NCBI GenBank assembly: GCA_963701095.1
Contig: OY969564.1
Location: 128,001-192,000, forward strand
Source of the DNA: an uncultured Methanoregulaceae archaeon
GTDB taxonomy: Archaea; Halobacteriota; Methanomicrobia; Methanomicrobiales; Methanospirillaceae
Length of the DNA: 64,000 nucleotides
Direction: 5' to 3'
Shown: positions 41,705 to 53,080 of the stretch, one piece after another
How the letters are laid out: each line of letters starts with the position of its first letter
Numbering within the stretch: the stretch's first letter is position 1
Notes under the pieces: generated by a model
The model's input: the letters and a program-made list of their open reading frames with translations, nothing else
What the model was told of the DNA's origin: nothing
The model's database searches: none
Program-made: the position numbers and the translations under genes

Positions 41705-42961
41705 ATGGCAGCTACCAGCACCATACCCCAAATATCAAAGTTTCATCCAAACGATGGAACTTACCAAAAGTATTCCAGAAATGCTCTTGTCCGAGGGCTC
41801 GCGGAAAACCGGATAACCGCTGATGACGCCGAACTCATCCGGGAATTTGTCGCGGAAATCAGCGCAACACGACATATCAGTGCGGGCAGAGCGTTTAAGC
41901 TCACCCACACACTCATAAACCTTCGTGAATATCTCGGCCCTTATCGGCATAATGCAATATCTGATATCTATGCAGCAGTCGAGAAGGTCAGAACAGCACA
42001 CGAGCCGGATGGAACGCCAAAGTATAAGCAAAACACTTTCAGTGATTTTGTCCGATTCCTCAAACGGTTTTATCTCTGGATGTGTGACAACCACTACACG
42101 ACTGTTGAAGAGAAGAAGATCCTTAAAATTCATCCGCCGTCATATGATACCCAGACAAAAACTCCTGACATGCTCCTCACGGAAGACGATGTCAGGAAAA
42201 TGATTGAAGTTTGCCAAAACTCAAAAGACCGTGCAATAGTGTCGGTACTTTATGAAGGCGGACTCAGGATCGGTGAAATTGGGAATTTACGGTGGCGAGA
42301 TATAAAATTTTCTGATTGGAATGTAACCCTCTCCACGTCGTTTAAGACCGGCAAGTCCCGGACTATTCCCTTGGTAATGAGCCGCGCCTATCTTGCATCA
42401 TGGCGGAATGATTACCCGATGGAAGTAATACCAGATTCGTTTGTGTTCCTAAGCAACAGGCGAAGTCCTCTCACTTATCATGGAGTCACCAAGCAACTTC
42501 GTATAATCGCTAAGAGGGCGGGAATAACAAAACACATCACGCCGCACATCTTCAGACACACCAGGGCAACCATCCTTATCAGGCAGGGATATGGTGAGGC
42601 CATAACCAAAAAACTTCTCTGGGGCAACCTCAATAGTAAGATGTTTTCCACCTATCTGCATCTGGTTGATTCGGATGTAGAACGAGTGATAGCTGAGAAA
42701 GCCGGGATTGTTCCCAAAGAACAGAGATCAAAGACGTTGGAACCCCGGCAATGTCCCCGGTGCTTCACGGTCAATGGTCCCACATTAGGGTTCTGCGGTA
42801 CATGCGGATTCGAGTTGACGAAAGAAGCGATGGAAAAGGTCAAACAGTCAAAGGGACAGGCAGAGTTACAACCGGAATACCGGGCACTTGTGGACAAATA
42901 TGAAGCGGATTTGCTGGCTTTGCAGGAAGGTAAAAACATTGACATTAAGAGGGTGAAATAA
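41705..42961 (+). CDS. Tyrosine recombinase/integrase with C-terminal zinc ribbon
   Basis: GGLRIGE, KTG, TPHIFRHT, STYLHL, CPRC..CGTCG. Confidence 0.92.
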   Translation: MAATSTIPQISKFHPNDGTYQKYSRNALVRGLAENRITADDAELIREFVAEISATRHISAGRAFKLTHTLINLREYLGPYRHNAISDIYAAVEKVRTAHEPDGTPKYKQNTFSDFVRFLKRFYLWMCDNHYTTVEEKKILKIHPPSYDTQTKTPDMLLTEDDVRKMIEVCQNSKDRAIVSVLYEGGLRIGEIGNLRWRDIKFSDWNVTLSTSFKTGKSRTIPLVMSRAYLASWRNDYPMEVIPDSFVFLSNRRSPLTYHGVTKQLRIIAKRAGITKHITPHIFRHTRATILIRQGYGEAITKKLLWGNLNSKMFSTYLHLVDSDVERVIAEKAGIVPKEQRSKTLEPRQCPRCFTVNGPTLGFCGTCGFELTKEAMEKVKQSKGQAELQPEYRALVDKYEADLLALQEGKNIDIKRVK

Positions 42962-43160
42962 TTGAGTAATATGGTGCTTCCAATATCTGGAGAGTTTCAC
43001 CCGGAAGCTGTAATAGGGAAACCCTATCATCATGGGATGCTTCCCTACGGCGGCGGCTTCAGCCTCAAAACCGGGAAAGTGCTATTTGCAACCACCCGTG
43101 AAGAGCACCAGCGGATCATAGCAGAGCTCCGGACGCTTGAATGACGGCAAATATGAGGCA

Positions 43161-43235
43161 ATTGACAAACTGGTGTACGAGTTGTTTGGACTGACGGCAG
43201 AGGAGATTACGGCTTTTGAATGGAGGGAGAAATGA
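43161..43235 (+). pseudogene. C-terminal remnant of a type IIG/Eco57I-like restriction-modification gene
   Basis: IDKLVYELFGLTAEEI motif; stop overlaps the PIN gene start (ATGA). Confidence 0.6.
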
Positions 43236-43669
43236 AAATCTATATGGATGTCTGTTGTTTGTGCAGGCCTTTTGATGATCAGACCGTTGGGCGCATTCGT
43301 CTGGAAGTAACTGCCGTGCAGGAGATCATCCGTCGCTGCGCATCGCGGGAATATACGCTGGTCAATAGCGAAGCGATAACCGAAGAAATCTCAAAAATCC
43401 CCGATATCAGGAAACGTCTTCGCGTGGAGAAAATTGTATCCATAGCGGATGAACAGATAATTCTTGATGAAGATATCATTGCCCGGATGCACGTGCTCAT
43501 CACAATGGGAGGGGATGCGATGGACTCGCTCCATATCGCCTGTGCAGAATGTGCCGGGGCAATCCTTCTCACAACAGATGATGCCATGATAACATTTTTT
43601 AAGATGCACCGGGACATACAAATACGTATAGAAAACCCAGTTATCTGGTTAAAGGAGGAAAACAAATGA
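43232..43669 (+). CDS. PIN domain toxin
   Basis: IYMDVCCLCRPFDDQ, DSLHIACA, LLTTDD. Confidence 0.88.
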   Translation: MKIYMDVCCLCRPFDDQTVGRIRLEVTAVQEIIRRCASREYTLVNSEAITEEISKIPDIRKRLRVEKIVSIADEQIILDEDIIARMHVLITMGGDAMDSLHIACAECAGAILLTTDDAMITFFKMHRDIQIRIENPVIWLKEENK

Positions 43670-43875
43670 GCGCCAGAACACTGCACCAGATTCAGCAGGA
43701 AGGACTTGATGTGCTGGTCGAGAAACTTGGCCCGGACGATGCTATCCGGTTCCTCCATATCTATGAAACAGGCAGCGGTGATTGGACAAAAGACCGGAAA
43801 AAATATCTGGAGAAAGACCCGGATAACATCATTAAAAACATCATGGAGCGCAGGAAAAAAGTTCCGGCTCCATGA
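43666..43875 (+). CDS. Putative antitoxin
   Basis: GLDVLVEKLGPDDAIRFL..GSGDWTKDR; coupled to the PIN gene. Confidence 0.7.
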   Translation: MSARTLHQIQQEGLDVLVEKLGPDDAIRFLHIYETGSGDWTKDRKKYLEKDPDNIIKNIMERRKKVPAP

Positions 43876-43938
43876 ACATAACGCCCTTGACCTGGCTTGG
43901 TTATCTTCGCCCATTACTTCTTTTCTCAAGCGGGATGT

Positions 43939-44325
43939 TTAATCAATAAAATTAATTATGTCCTGATTGAAGATGGGATTACATATAATTCTATCATCCC
44001 ATAGGGCTTCCTCCGTGAGATAAGAACACAAATCCTCCTCTTCGAATACTGAAATAAATTCATCTATAAGAGCGCGCTCATGAAGAAATTGTCCCGACCA
44101 ATCTAATAGATCCATATACACTTTTACATCGCCGCAAAGATTTTGATATTTTTCATAAAGGTCATTATAAGAGAGAATTACATCACTAGCACCTATCCGA
44201 CACCATCTATAATAGGTTCTATTTCTGTTTGGAGACTCTACGTCACAATTTTTTAACTGATTCTTTTGGATTAATCTTGCCTTTACCATATCATTCAGAA
44301 GTCGATCGATGTTTGGTGAGGCCAT
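43939..44325 (-). CDS. Hypothetical protein
   Basis: 128-aa AT-rich ORF. Confidence 0.45.
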   Translation of the reverse strand: MASPNIDRLLNDMVKARLIQKNQLKNCDVESPNRNRTYYRWCRIGASDVILSYNDLYEKYQNLCGDVKVYMDLLDWSGQFLHERALIDEFISVFEEEDLCSYLTEEALWDDRIICNPIFNQDIINFID

Positions 44326-44723
44326 GTTAAAATGCTCTTTTAAGAACGTCTCTATCTCATTTCGTGAGACCCATACCCCTCGTGTCCTGTGATTGAGTCG
44401 ATAAATTTTCTTGGAATTTGATTTTCGGCGATTAAAGTGTGTAATAAAAAGATTGTGCTGCTCATTATGATCTCCGAAAAAACCTATGAGGCCTTCAGCC
44501 TGCTCTCTTCCTTTCCCCTTTCGCGATTTGATGAATAGCGTTTCGCGCGTTGTTGATTGAGGGATCCGAGATTTTTCATTTATTTGCTGTGTCTTATTGA
44601 AATATCGTGTAATTGTAATTCCTCCTTAATTATCAGATTAATTGATAATTTGACTCTATTTATCCAAAAACTAACTTATAAAACATACAACTGTGGGGTG
44701 TAAGTGATCCCACAGGAGGAAAG

Positions 44724-44894
44724 ATGGTAACGGTAACAACAGGTAAAGACGGAGTGGAATACATCCACACTAACGTAAGTATTCCCCGACAATTACGGGA
44801 TGAGGCAAAGGATCGAGGAATTTCATTGTCGAAAGAACTGAGAAAAGCACTGGAGATTAAAATAAAAGAAGGCGGTGCAGGGACCAAGCAGTGA
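44724..44894 (+). CDS. Ribbon-helix-helix DNA-binding protein
   Basis: AGGAGG RBS; HTNVSIPRQLRDEAKDRGISLSKELRKAL. Confidence 0.7.
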   Translation: MVTVTTGKDGVEYIHTNVSIPRQLRDEAKDRGISLSKELRKALEIKIKEGGAGTKQ

Positions 44895-44947
44895 CCAACA
44901 CACGAGGCCCCCGCATCCCTATCCAGCACTCACGATGAGGTGGACGA

Positions 44948-45142
44948 ATGAATTCTCTTTGTTCTGGTACTTCAACATTACCGCATCCCCGGCCCATCCC
45001 GGGTTTCACCATTGACCGGGAAACCCTGGAGCATCTCAAGCAGACCAGCCCTCTTCATTATCTTGTTGCCGTCGCATGTCTGAACGATGGTCGCTGGAAA
45101 TTGAAGGAGAATTATGCGATGACTTTGGAGGGCCCGCAATGA
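44948..45142 (+). CDS. Hypothetical protein
   Basis: GAGGTGG RBS; co-oriented in the element operon. Confidence 0.4.
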   Translation: MNSLCSGTSTLPHPRPIPGFTIDRETLEHLKQTSPLHYLVAVACLNDGRWKLKENYAMTLEGPQ

Positions 45143-45301
45143 CATTAATCACCGGAGGATCTCTCATGACTGTGTTACCATGTAACACCCCCACCACCAC
45201 CACCAACCTGAGTACAAGTGTTACAGTACAACATAACATAACTTTTAGAAAAATCAGGAATCGGGAATTTGTGTTACCTGGTAACACGGAGAAGATCACC
45301 C

Positions 45302-45682
45302 ATGGGTAAATCCCGGTCTACGGTTGTATTCAGCATCCGAATTGACGATGGACTTTATCGGACTGGCGAGTTTCTCAAATCCCGACATCCCCGGACTCTC
45401 ACTCAATCAAGGATCTATTTTGCCGGCCTTGAATCGGTTATTGCAACTCTCATCGGAAAGGGCGAGAATCTACCGGAAGATGTGATCGGTGCGATGATCA
45501 AATATCGCCAGGATGAAATCGACGCACTCTCACAAGAAGTTGAAGATCTCCGGGATCTCCAACAAAAACAGGTAGCCCGGGAAGGGAAAACCCTTGCTGG
45601 TCCGGCCGGGAGCTATAAGGTAAAACCGGGTTGTTGCGTAGAGATTGCGGAAGATGGAGTTGTTATGGGTGTGGAGGTGTGA
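45302..45682 (+). CDS. Hypothetical protein (RHH-like N-terminus, coiled coil)
   Basis: VFSIRIDDGLY; coiled-coil-like middle. Confidence 0.5.
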   Translation: MGKSRSTVVFSIRIDDGLYRTGEFLKSRHPRTLTQSRIYFAGLESVIATLIGKGENLPEDVIGAMIKYRQDEIDALSQEVEDLRDLQQKQVAREGKTLAGPAGSYKVKPGCCVEIAEDGVVMGVEV

Positions 45683-45683
45683 T

Positions 45684-46843
45684 ATGAGCGAACTTCTTTT
45701 CATTTCCGATATTAAACAAGATGCGGCAACTCAACCCCGGAATAAAATGGATATGGCGGTGATTGATGAGTATGCCGAAGGAATGAAAGCAGGCACAAAA
45801 TTCCCTCCCCTTCAGGTTTTCCGTGTTAAGGATCATTATATCCTAGTAGATGGATATCACCGCCTCTGGGCAGCCCAGAGTGCGAAGATTCAGCAGGTCC
45901 TTTGCAATGTTCACATGGGCACAATGCGGGATGCAATTTTGTTTGCTTCCGGTGTCAATGCCACTCATGGGATCCGGCGCACTAATGACGACAAGCGCAG
46001 AGCCGTAGAACGTCTTTTGGGAGATTCAGAATGGGGGCAGTGGTCGGATAACAAGATTGCAGAAATCTGTAATGTATCTCAACCATTTGTCAGTAAATTG
46101 CGTGGTGTCACTTCAAACGTTATAAGTGAGAAATCCGAGGAATCCCCGAAGGAATGTCTGTATGCAACCAAACACGGCACCGTTGCCAAGATGAATACCG
46201 GGAATATCGGAAAGAAGACAGTACCTGTCAGCCAAGAACATATCGACCCTAAGTATGAAGTCACCAAGAAATACGAACAAGAGGAACAAACTGAGGTCTC
46301 CAGCCATTCACTTGAAGTCACACCCTTATCTACACCTAGCGTGCAATCCGCGGGTAAGACACATGACAGCCAGCCGGAACAACCGGAAGAGCCGGCACCG
46401 GCTATCGTGACCGAGCCCGTACGGCTCCTGCAAAATGCGCCCTGCATCGATTCAAAGAAGTTCAAGCGTTGCCCGGACGGACAGGATCATTCTCATAAGG
46501 AGCCCCACACCCGGGTCGACTCTGCCTGCTCTGGAACCAACCGTGCAGCCAGCTCCCAAAAAACCAATGTTATTTTGATATGCAGCAACAGCACGCAGCC
46601 GAGCACCCGGAGATGACCCGGATATTCGATAAAGACCGGCCCGGGTTTCACCAGGCAAGCGCACGGCCAAGTATCCAGGGGATCCCGAAAGCAAGCACAG
46701 ACCCGGGCCGAACCGTGACGATAACTTTCGATGCAGAGCAATGGGAGATCCTCAAAAACCTCCAGCGGGATGACTTTGCGGATGGGTTCGAGGAAGCGGT
46801 CAAGTTCTGCGTAGACGAGATCGGACAGCGAAGTGATCGCTGA
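45684..46843 (+). CDS. ParB/Srx-like protein with HTH (probable frameshift near 46500)
   Basis: TQPR, FPPLQV, LVDGYHRLWA, NATHG, WSDNKIAEICNVSQPFV; ORF 46580-46843 may be its C-terminus. Confidence 0.75.
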
Positions 46844-47080
46844 TATGAACAATAATCAAGGGGTTCACAATTTTCAAACCCCTTTTTGACATTTTCTCAC
46901 AGTCAGAGGGTGACGTTACGTCACAGACGGAGGAATCTGCGCTTTTTTGCCATAATATGTATCATCTCCGGCGTTCACGTAACATGTACATCCAGTTCTC
47001 AAGCGATGTCTTACTGAAGGTTGATTCGCCTGGTATTACGTCAATCTTGGAAAATACAGATCGGATATGGCGCGGCGCTA

Positions 47081-48115
47081 AGTGCCCCGAATTAAACTGG
47101 GGGAATTCCGGAATAATAGACACTGATATGAGGCGAAATCACGAAAATGAGCATGGAAACTGTTTAAAGTATCCCGAATTTTAACAGGTACATAAAAAAA
47201 GACTGCACCGGTCTGATCATACATCAAGCGGAAAGCAGTACCCCGACTTTCTGAAGTCCCTAAAAAGGAGCTTCGCATTTCTGTGCACTGTGAAAGGTCG
47301 CGAAGGACCTGGCTTTGTGAAATTTCCTAAATTAGATCACGGGCTTGTTCAAGGGGTTGACAAGTTGTCAAGGGGTTACGAACAAAAAAAGAGGTCTTGT
47401 AAAACTTTTCTAACCCTGTTGTGATATTTTGTCAACCATGCCTTTGACAGGATGTTAATGACGGAGGCGGAATCACGAATCTGATGATGGAAATCCCGTA
47501 AAGTATCCCGAATTTTTACGGATAAATAAAAAAAGGACAACAATCAGGTCGATCATGCATCTGATAGAACTGAGTACCCCGACTTTCTCAGTGCCATAAA
47601 AAGAGCTAAGACTCGGCTGATCATGTGTCGAGGGATACTAAATACCTGACTTTTTCAGGGAAAATCCCGACTTAATTGAGACCGATATGAGCTGGAATCC
47701 CGAAACTGAATATGGGAACAATGTAATGTATCCCAACTTTTCCGACGCCATAACAAGGGCTATGACTCGGTCATGCATCGTGCGGTACGAAGTGCCCTAA
47801 TTTACCCATAGAAAATCCCGAATTAATGAAGACCGATATGAGTCGGAATCACGAATCTGATGATGGAATCTGTGTAAAGTACCCCGAATTTCTTGTGTCC
47901 CTAAAAAGGGTTATGAAGGGCCCGATCACGTATCGAGCGGTACTCAGTACCCCATATTTTTGCACATACATAAAAAGGGAAAAGATCAGGAGGATCATGT
48001 ATCGAACTGTACTCGGTACCTGATTTTTCCGCTCCCATAAAAAGGGCAATGACCAGACTCATTATGCATCGAGCAGGATTGAGTACCCCGAATTTCTCCA
48101 GTCCCTAAAAAGGCT
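47081..48115. repeat. Degenerate tandem repeat array (64-71 and 86-87 bp units)
   Basis: AGTAYCCCGAATTT-like anchor at 47081, 47168, 47237, 47502, 47573, 47641, 47727, 47791, 47878, 47946, 48015, 48082. Confidence 0.85.
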
Positions 48116-48281
48116 CTGACTTGCCCGATATCGATATCTTGGCACGGCTCTGTTCCCTCTTCAGTTGCGGATAGATCATTTCAAAAGAATTTGCATTTCA
48201 ACCGCAGACGCAACAGAACCGCAGGGGAAATTAGGGCAGTAGATGAGGCAATCATTCTAACCACTGCCCTCTGAAACGGTT

Positions 48282-48884
48282 TTAGAAGAAAAAATCCAGT
48301 TCTTTGGTTGGAGCCTCATTCTCAAAGCGGCGAAGTGCCTCAGGTACCCCTTTGAGCACCGCTTCCCGAACCCGCCGGCCCGGTTCTGTGATGCGCCCCC
48401 CGTACCGATGCTTGATATTATCTTCGCATGCAGCGATCACGGCATCAGTGGGGGTGCCGGAGACCCGGCCAGCGGCAAGCAGGGCCTCAGTTTTTGCCTC
48501 GGTCGCAACCATGATCGTTTCGAGCAGTGCCGCATCTTCCATCCCCTCGCTGCTGATTACGATAATATTAATGGTTCCAGCGGTCTTCTTCTCGGCTGGC
48601 TCTTGTCGTATACCAGCAGTTACAAAGACGGTGATAAAATCGTAATGGAGCACACAAAGCGTAGGAATCGGGACTGCAGTAAGGAGCCCCAGGACGTCCT
48701 GTCCAATACCGGCAGCGGCGGCGATACGTTCAATCTCTTTTTTTGGCTCAGCGTGATTCCAGTCTGCCGGGACAGTGTGGTTAAAGAGTATTGTAACATT
48801 TCGGATACCGCCCGAAATTCCCGTGCTCACGGCCCGGAACGATCCCCGGATAAAAAGCGTCGCATTATCAATATAATAGCGCAT
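48282..48884 (-). CDS. cbiZ: Adenosylcobinamide amidohydrolase (C-terminal Cys-rich part degraded)
   Basis: GLLTAV, FVTAGI, GTINII, ATEAK, SGTPTDAV. Confidence 0.85.
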   Translation of the reverse strand: MRYYIDNATLFIRGSFRAVSTGISGGIRNVTILFNHTVPADWNHAEPKKEIERIAAAAGIGQDVLGLLTAVPIPTLCVLHYDFITVFVTAGIRQEPAEKKTAGTINIIVISSEGMEDAALLETIMVATEAKTEALLAAGRVSGTPTDAVIAACEDNIKHRYGGRITEPGRRVREAVLKGVPEALRRFENEAPTKELDFFF

Positions 48885-48888
48885 GTAT

Positions 48889-49646
48889 TCACCGACCTCT
48901 TACTACCCGGTTGTCAATCGACGACAAATATGCCACGCTTTTCTTGTATGCTTCCAAATCCTTGCATTCAATGATCCGGGACGCGGATGCCGGAAGGAGC
49001 GGGAGGAGTGTGGTAAAATCAATCGACCCGGTTCCGCAGGCTGCATGGTCGTCGTTTGTCCCGCTGTTGTCATGGAGGTGAATGTGGCAAGGCCGGCTCG
49101 TTGTTGCGAACTTCATAAGTTGATTGTTGAGTTGTGCGTGGCCGATGTCGAGGACAAAACCGATGTCATGGCTTTCGAGTTCCGGAAGAAATTCCGGATT
49201 CCGGAAAACAAAACACTCCCAGGATCCCATATTTTCGACCGCAATTCTGGTATCATGCTCGCGCTGGATTGCCGAAAGTGATGCAAGCGATTTCACTAGC
49301 GCTCCTCGCGCTTCTTTCTGCATGTGGGACCAGGGGAAATATCCCGGTGCACGACCAGTGTTTCCGCATTAATACCGTCGCATATCCCACAAAGGTCATT
49401 GATTACCTCGAGGCTTGTCCTCCGGATATGATCGTTTGCGCTTGCCAGGTTGATATCCGAAATCGGTGCGTGGACCGAGTAGTGTGCATCCACTGAATGG
49501 CAGATTTCGTGGAATTTGAAAAGGTCGTGATAACCTTCTGACATGATCTCGATGCGATCGGTTTTGTTCCGCAAGAGATCCAATGCCTTATCGAGAGGCA
49601 GATCCATGCAGCAGAATGTCGAGCAGCCGTAGTGTGTGGTGGTCAT
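48889..49646 (-). CDS. Sugar phosphate isomerase/epimerase TIM barrel (frameshift near 49340)
   Basis: SVHAPISDINLAS, AVENM, LDIGHA, HIHLHDN..DDH. Confidence 0.8.
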
Positions 49647-50893
49647 GGTTGTTTTTCCTCTTTGGATTTGCACCGGTCGAGCAGCTGGTTCAATGGCAGG
49701 ACAGCGAGTCTTTGTGACGTCATCATTTGATTGAGAAAAGCGGTTGCCTTTCCCTCAGTATAATCCGGAAGAGTGGCCCGACCGTCATCTGAAAGGAACA
49801 GCACTGGTGTCTTTGTGGCCTCTGCAAGGATGCGAATGTTGTCAAGGTTTCCTTTGCCAACTGGTGTTGCTGTCAGAACTACTACATCGGCTGCCGCAAT
49901 CTGTGCGGTAAGCCCTACACGTGAACTCTCTGTTATGGGTGAGAACGGTGGTTCAGTTATGCAGGTAATACCCAGCTTCATTGCTGCGGCGTAGTCCGTA
50001 TCGTTCATGGCTAGAACCCCGGCCGTTACCCTGCATCCCATCCGGGGCAGGGCCCGGATAATTTCTACACCTGTGCCTCCCCCGGAGATGACGTGTACCT
50101 TGAGATTGTTTCCCGGAATCACCTGCGATCCCGGGAGCGGAACGACAAATGGTTTTCCGGTAATGGGATGGATGCTGACCGCTGCATCCAGGTCAAAGAT
50201 GCTGCGAAGCATTGCTGGCGTCATCACCTCGACCGGTGAGCCGGTCGCTGCGATTTTCCCCGCTTTTATAACAATTATCTCGTCACAAAAGTACGAAGCA
50301 AGGTTAAGATCATGGAAGACGCCTATTACCGCGATCTCTTCTGATAATTTTTTGATAGTTAGGAGGATCTCTACCTGGTGGCTAATATCGAGGTGGGAGG
50401 TTGCCTCATCAAGCAGGAGGTGGCGGGGTTGTTGTGCGAGCGCCCGGGCGATGATCACGCGTTGGAGCTCCCCGCTGCTGATTTCATGGATTGAGCGATC
50501 GGAAAGATGAGTGATGCCGGTCAACGCCATTGCATTCTGGCAGATTGCATAATCCTCTTCATGTTCTTTGCCAAACCGGCTCAAGTGAGGATAGCGCCCC
50601 ATCATAACAACATCGCTGACCGTGAAATCAAATCCGGGACCGGTATCCTGTGCGACAACTGCAATTGATTGTGCAAGTTCGCGGCTGGAGATTGCTGAAA
50701 GCAGCTGCCCGTCAAGCCGGACAATTCCTCCAGTGGGCGTGATAACACGACTGATAGCCTTTAGGAGCGTAGTCTTTCCCGAACCATTCGGGCCGATGAT
50801 CCCAACAAAGACACCATTTTTTGCCTCAAACGAGATCGCATCCAGTACTTTTTTTGCTCCATAGTGCACGTCTACACCGGAAAGCTCGATCAC
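49643..50893 (-). CDS. Cobalamin/iron ABC transporter ATPase (BtuD-like)
   Basis: GPNGSGKTT, LLLDEATSHLD; C-terminal extension. Confidence 0.88.
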   Translation of the reverse strand: MIELSGVDVHYGAKKVLDAISFEAKNGVFVGIIGPNGSGKTTLLKAISRVITPTGGIVRLDGQLLSAISSRELAQSIAVVAQDTGPGFDFTVSDVVMMGRYPHLSRFGKEHEEDYAICQNAMALTGITHLSDRSIHEISSGELQRVIIARALAQQPRHLLLDEATSHLDISHQVEILLTIKKLSEEIAVIGVFHDLNLASYFCDEIIVIKAGKIAATGSPVEVMTPAMLRSIFDLDAAVSIHPITGKPFVVPLPGSQVIPGNNLKVHVISGGGTGVEIIRALPRMGCRVTAGVLAMNDTDYAAAMKLGITCITEPPFSPITESSRVGLTAQIAAADVVVLTATPVGKGNLDNIRILAEATKTPVLFLSDDGRATLPDYTEGKATAFLNQMMTSQRLAVLPLNQLLDRCKSKEEKQP

Positions 50894-51852
50894 GTGCTAA
50901 ACCTCCTCTTTAAGAGCCAGATAAAAAATGGTGCACCAAGGAATGCGGTTACCACGCCAACCGGAACTTCGTTTCCGACAGTCCGCGCGACCGTATCCGA
51001 GAGGGCAAGGAGAATGCCCCCGGCGAGCATCGATGCCGGAATCAGGAACCGATGGTCGGGTCCGACCACGAGGCGCATGATATGGGGGGTAATGAGCCCG
51101 ACAAAGCCGATGCAGCCGGCAATGGCGACAGCAATCCCGGTGATGAGCGAGCTTGCCGCAAGGAGGATTATCTTGAGGCGCTCGACATTGACTCCGAGAT
51201 GAATTGCATCGTCCTCACCCATGGAAAAGATGTTGAGCTCACGCGAGAAGAGAAGGAGAGCAAGCGAGGCCGGGAGAATGATAATACCCAGTTTTACATC
51301 ATCCCATGATATATTCCAGAACCCTCCCATGAGCCAGAACAGGATCTGGTGCAGATCCTGACCGGCAGCGTACATAAGTGCAGAAAGGATTGCAGAAAAA
51401 AACATGGAGACAGCAATACCGGTGAGCAGCAGCTGTTCCACTTTCACGCGGCCGCCTTTCTGTGCGATACCATAGACAATAAATGATGCGGCAAGGCACC
51501 CGACAAAAGCGAGGATACTACGGAACATCCCTCCCAGAAAAACAATCGCAAGACTTGCCCCGAGCACTCCACCGGATGATGTGCCCAGCAGGTACGGATC
51601 TGCCATGGAATTCCGAAACAGTGCCTGCATCACGACACCGGCAGCGGCAAGACCGGCGCCTACAAGCATCGCGGCAATAACCCGGGGCAGCCGGATATCG
51701 AAAAGGATGAGCGACGTCGTGTTGTTGCCGGACAGGCCGAAAAACGGAATACCTGTCGGTCCGATACCCGTGCAGATCACGACTGTAGCGGCGGCCAGCA
51801 CTGCAAGGACAATGAGGGCCGCATACCCCGGCTTTTTCTTTATTTCATCCAT
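50890..51852 (-). CDS. Cobalamin/iron ABC permease (BtuC-like)
   Basis: IRLPRV, ADPYLLG, IGFVGLITPH. Confidence 0.9.
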   Translation of the reverse strand: MDEIKKKPGYAALIVLAVLAAATVVICTGIGPTGIPFFGLSGNNTTSLILFDIRLPRVIAAMLVGAGLAAAGVVMQALFRNSMADPYLLGTSSGGVLGASLAIVFLGGMFRSILAFVGCLAASFIVYGIAQKGGRVKVEQLLLTGIAVSMFFSAILSALMYAAGQDLHQILFWLMGGFWNISWDDVKLGIIILPASLALLLFSRELNIFSMGEDDAIHLGVNVERLKIILLAASSLITGIAVAIAGCIGFVGLITPHIMRLVVGPDHRFLIPASMLAGGILLALSDTVARTVGNEVPVGVVTAFLGAPFFIWLLKRRFST

Positions 51853-52876
51853 CGTATCGCAACCAACAATCCGATAGCAAGTGCGCCACATGCTGGTATG
51901 GCGTCAAATCCCGGGGCTCCTTGCGATGATGTTGCAATCGGTGTTTCAGTACCGACAGGATGAATGTCCTGCGCAAAGATCTCAAGAGCGTCCACAACCC
52001 GGGGCCGGCGCGGTCGACCACATCGGAATCGATAACGTAGACCCGGTGGTTCCGGATCGCAGCGACGTTGGCAAACCGGGTATCGTTCTCAAAGTATTGG
52101 GCAACGGAATCTTCTGTTCCGCCCATGCCCGATCCAGAATTGACAATAAGGATATCCGGATCCGCCGCGATGAAATCCTCGACGCCTACATTTGTCCAGC
52201 CCGGTTTGTTTGCAAAAGCATTCGTACCGCCAGCCATGCTGATGAGTTCATCCTGGAATGTCCCGTTTCCGCTCACATAGATGGGGTCGTTCCAGATGAT
52301 GTGGGCAACTTTGGGACGGGACGTGGTTGCGGAAGCATTCTGTTCTATATTCTGGATTCGCATGTTGAGTGAATCCACAAGCGCAGTAGCATTGTCATCC
52401 GCACCGGTTGCGGTCCCCACGAGCGTTATGTCGTTTAAGATACCGGAAACATTCTGCGGATTGAGAGTGATGACCGTCATGTTGAGTTTTTTGAGCTGGT
52501 CAACGAGTTCTTCACCATTCCCGTACGAGGCCACGATCAGGTCAGGTTTCTGGGTGATGACTTTTTCGACGCTGACCGTGCTGTAACCCCCGATGGACGG
52601 TTTTGTTTTTGCCTCGGCGGGATAATCGCAGTAATCGGTCACCCCGACTATCTGGTTGTCAAGGCCAAGTGCAAAGAGAATTTCTGTATTTGTCGGGGCA
52701 AGAGAGACGATTCTCTGGGGTTCGCCATAGATGGTGACCGTGGCGCCGGAGTCATCGGTAATGGTGCGTTCGAACGAGACGGTGGTATTCACTGGTGCAT
52801 CAGCATGTACCGGGACAGCTGCGATGCAAAGTATAGCGAGAAGAAAGATGAGGGTCAGAGTGGGTGAGGGTTTCAT
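51840..52876 (-). CDS. Cobalamin-binding protein (BtuF-like) with PGF-CTERM-like anchor (frameshift near 52000)
   Basis: PQRIVSLAPTNTEILFALG, VGVTDYCDYP; APGF+TM tail in the alternate frame. Confidence 0.85.
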
Positions 52877-53080
52877 TACTACCAGATCCGTTGTTACGGG
52901 ATTTTAAGGATTTTTTTAAATACATTTCTTCGGGTGGACCGCCGTGTACGACAAGACGATTTAAGAAACGGGATAGGTTTCCCTCTTGTCCGGAAGAAAA
53001 CCGGCCTGTCGAAACAATCTCCCAGCATTATGCCGGCTTCGCTCGAAAAAAAAGGGCGTTGAACCTTTTTCGCTCTTGTT

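Larger units (their letters stand above)
41627..48120. mobile_element. Integrated element core (integrase, TA, RHH, ParB-like, repeat array)
   Basis: Gene content plus att-like site; right boundary uncertain (could extend to tRNA-Ser). Confidence 0.65.

Noticed and set aside
47081..48115. Second CRISPR array or TIGR array
   Set aside because: Units are degenerate along their whole length, come in two size classes, and have no cas or Nop-domain gene nearby; CTGATGA occurs in only two units.
52880..53080. Cobalamin riboswitch upstream of the btuF-like gene
   Set aside because: Only an AGGGAA fragment; the remaining B12-box elements are not recognisable.
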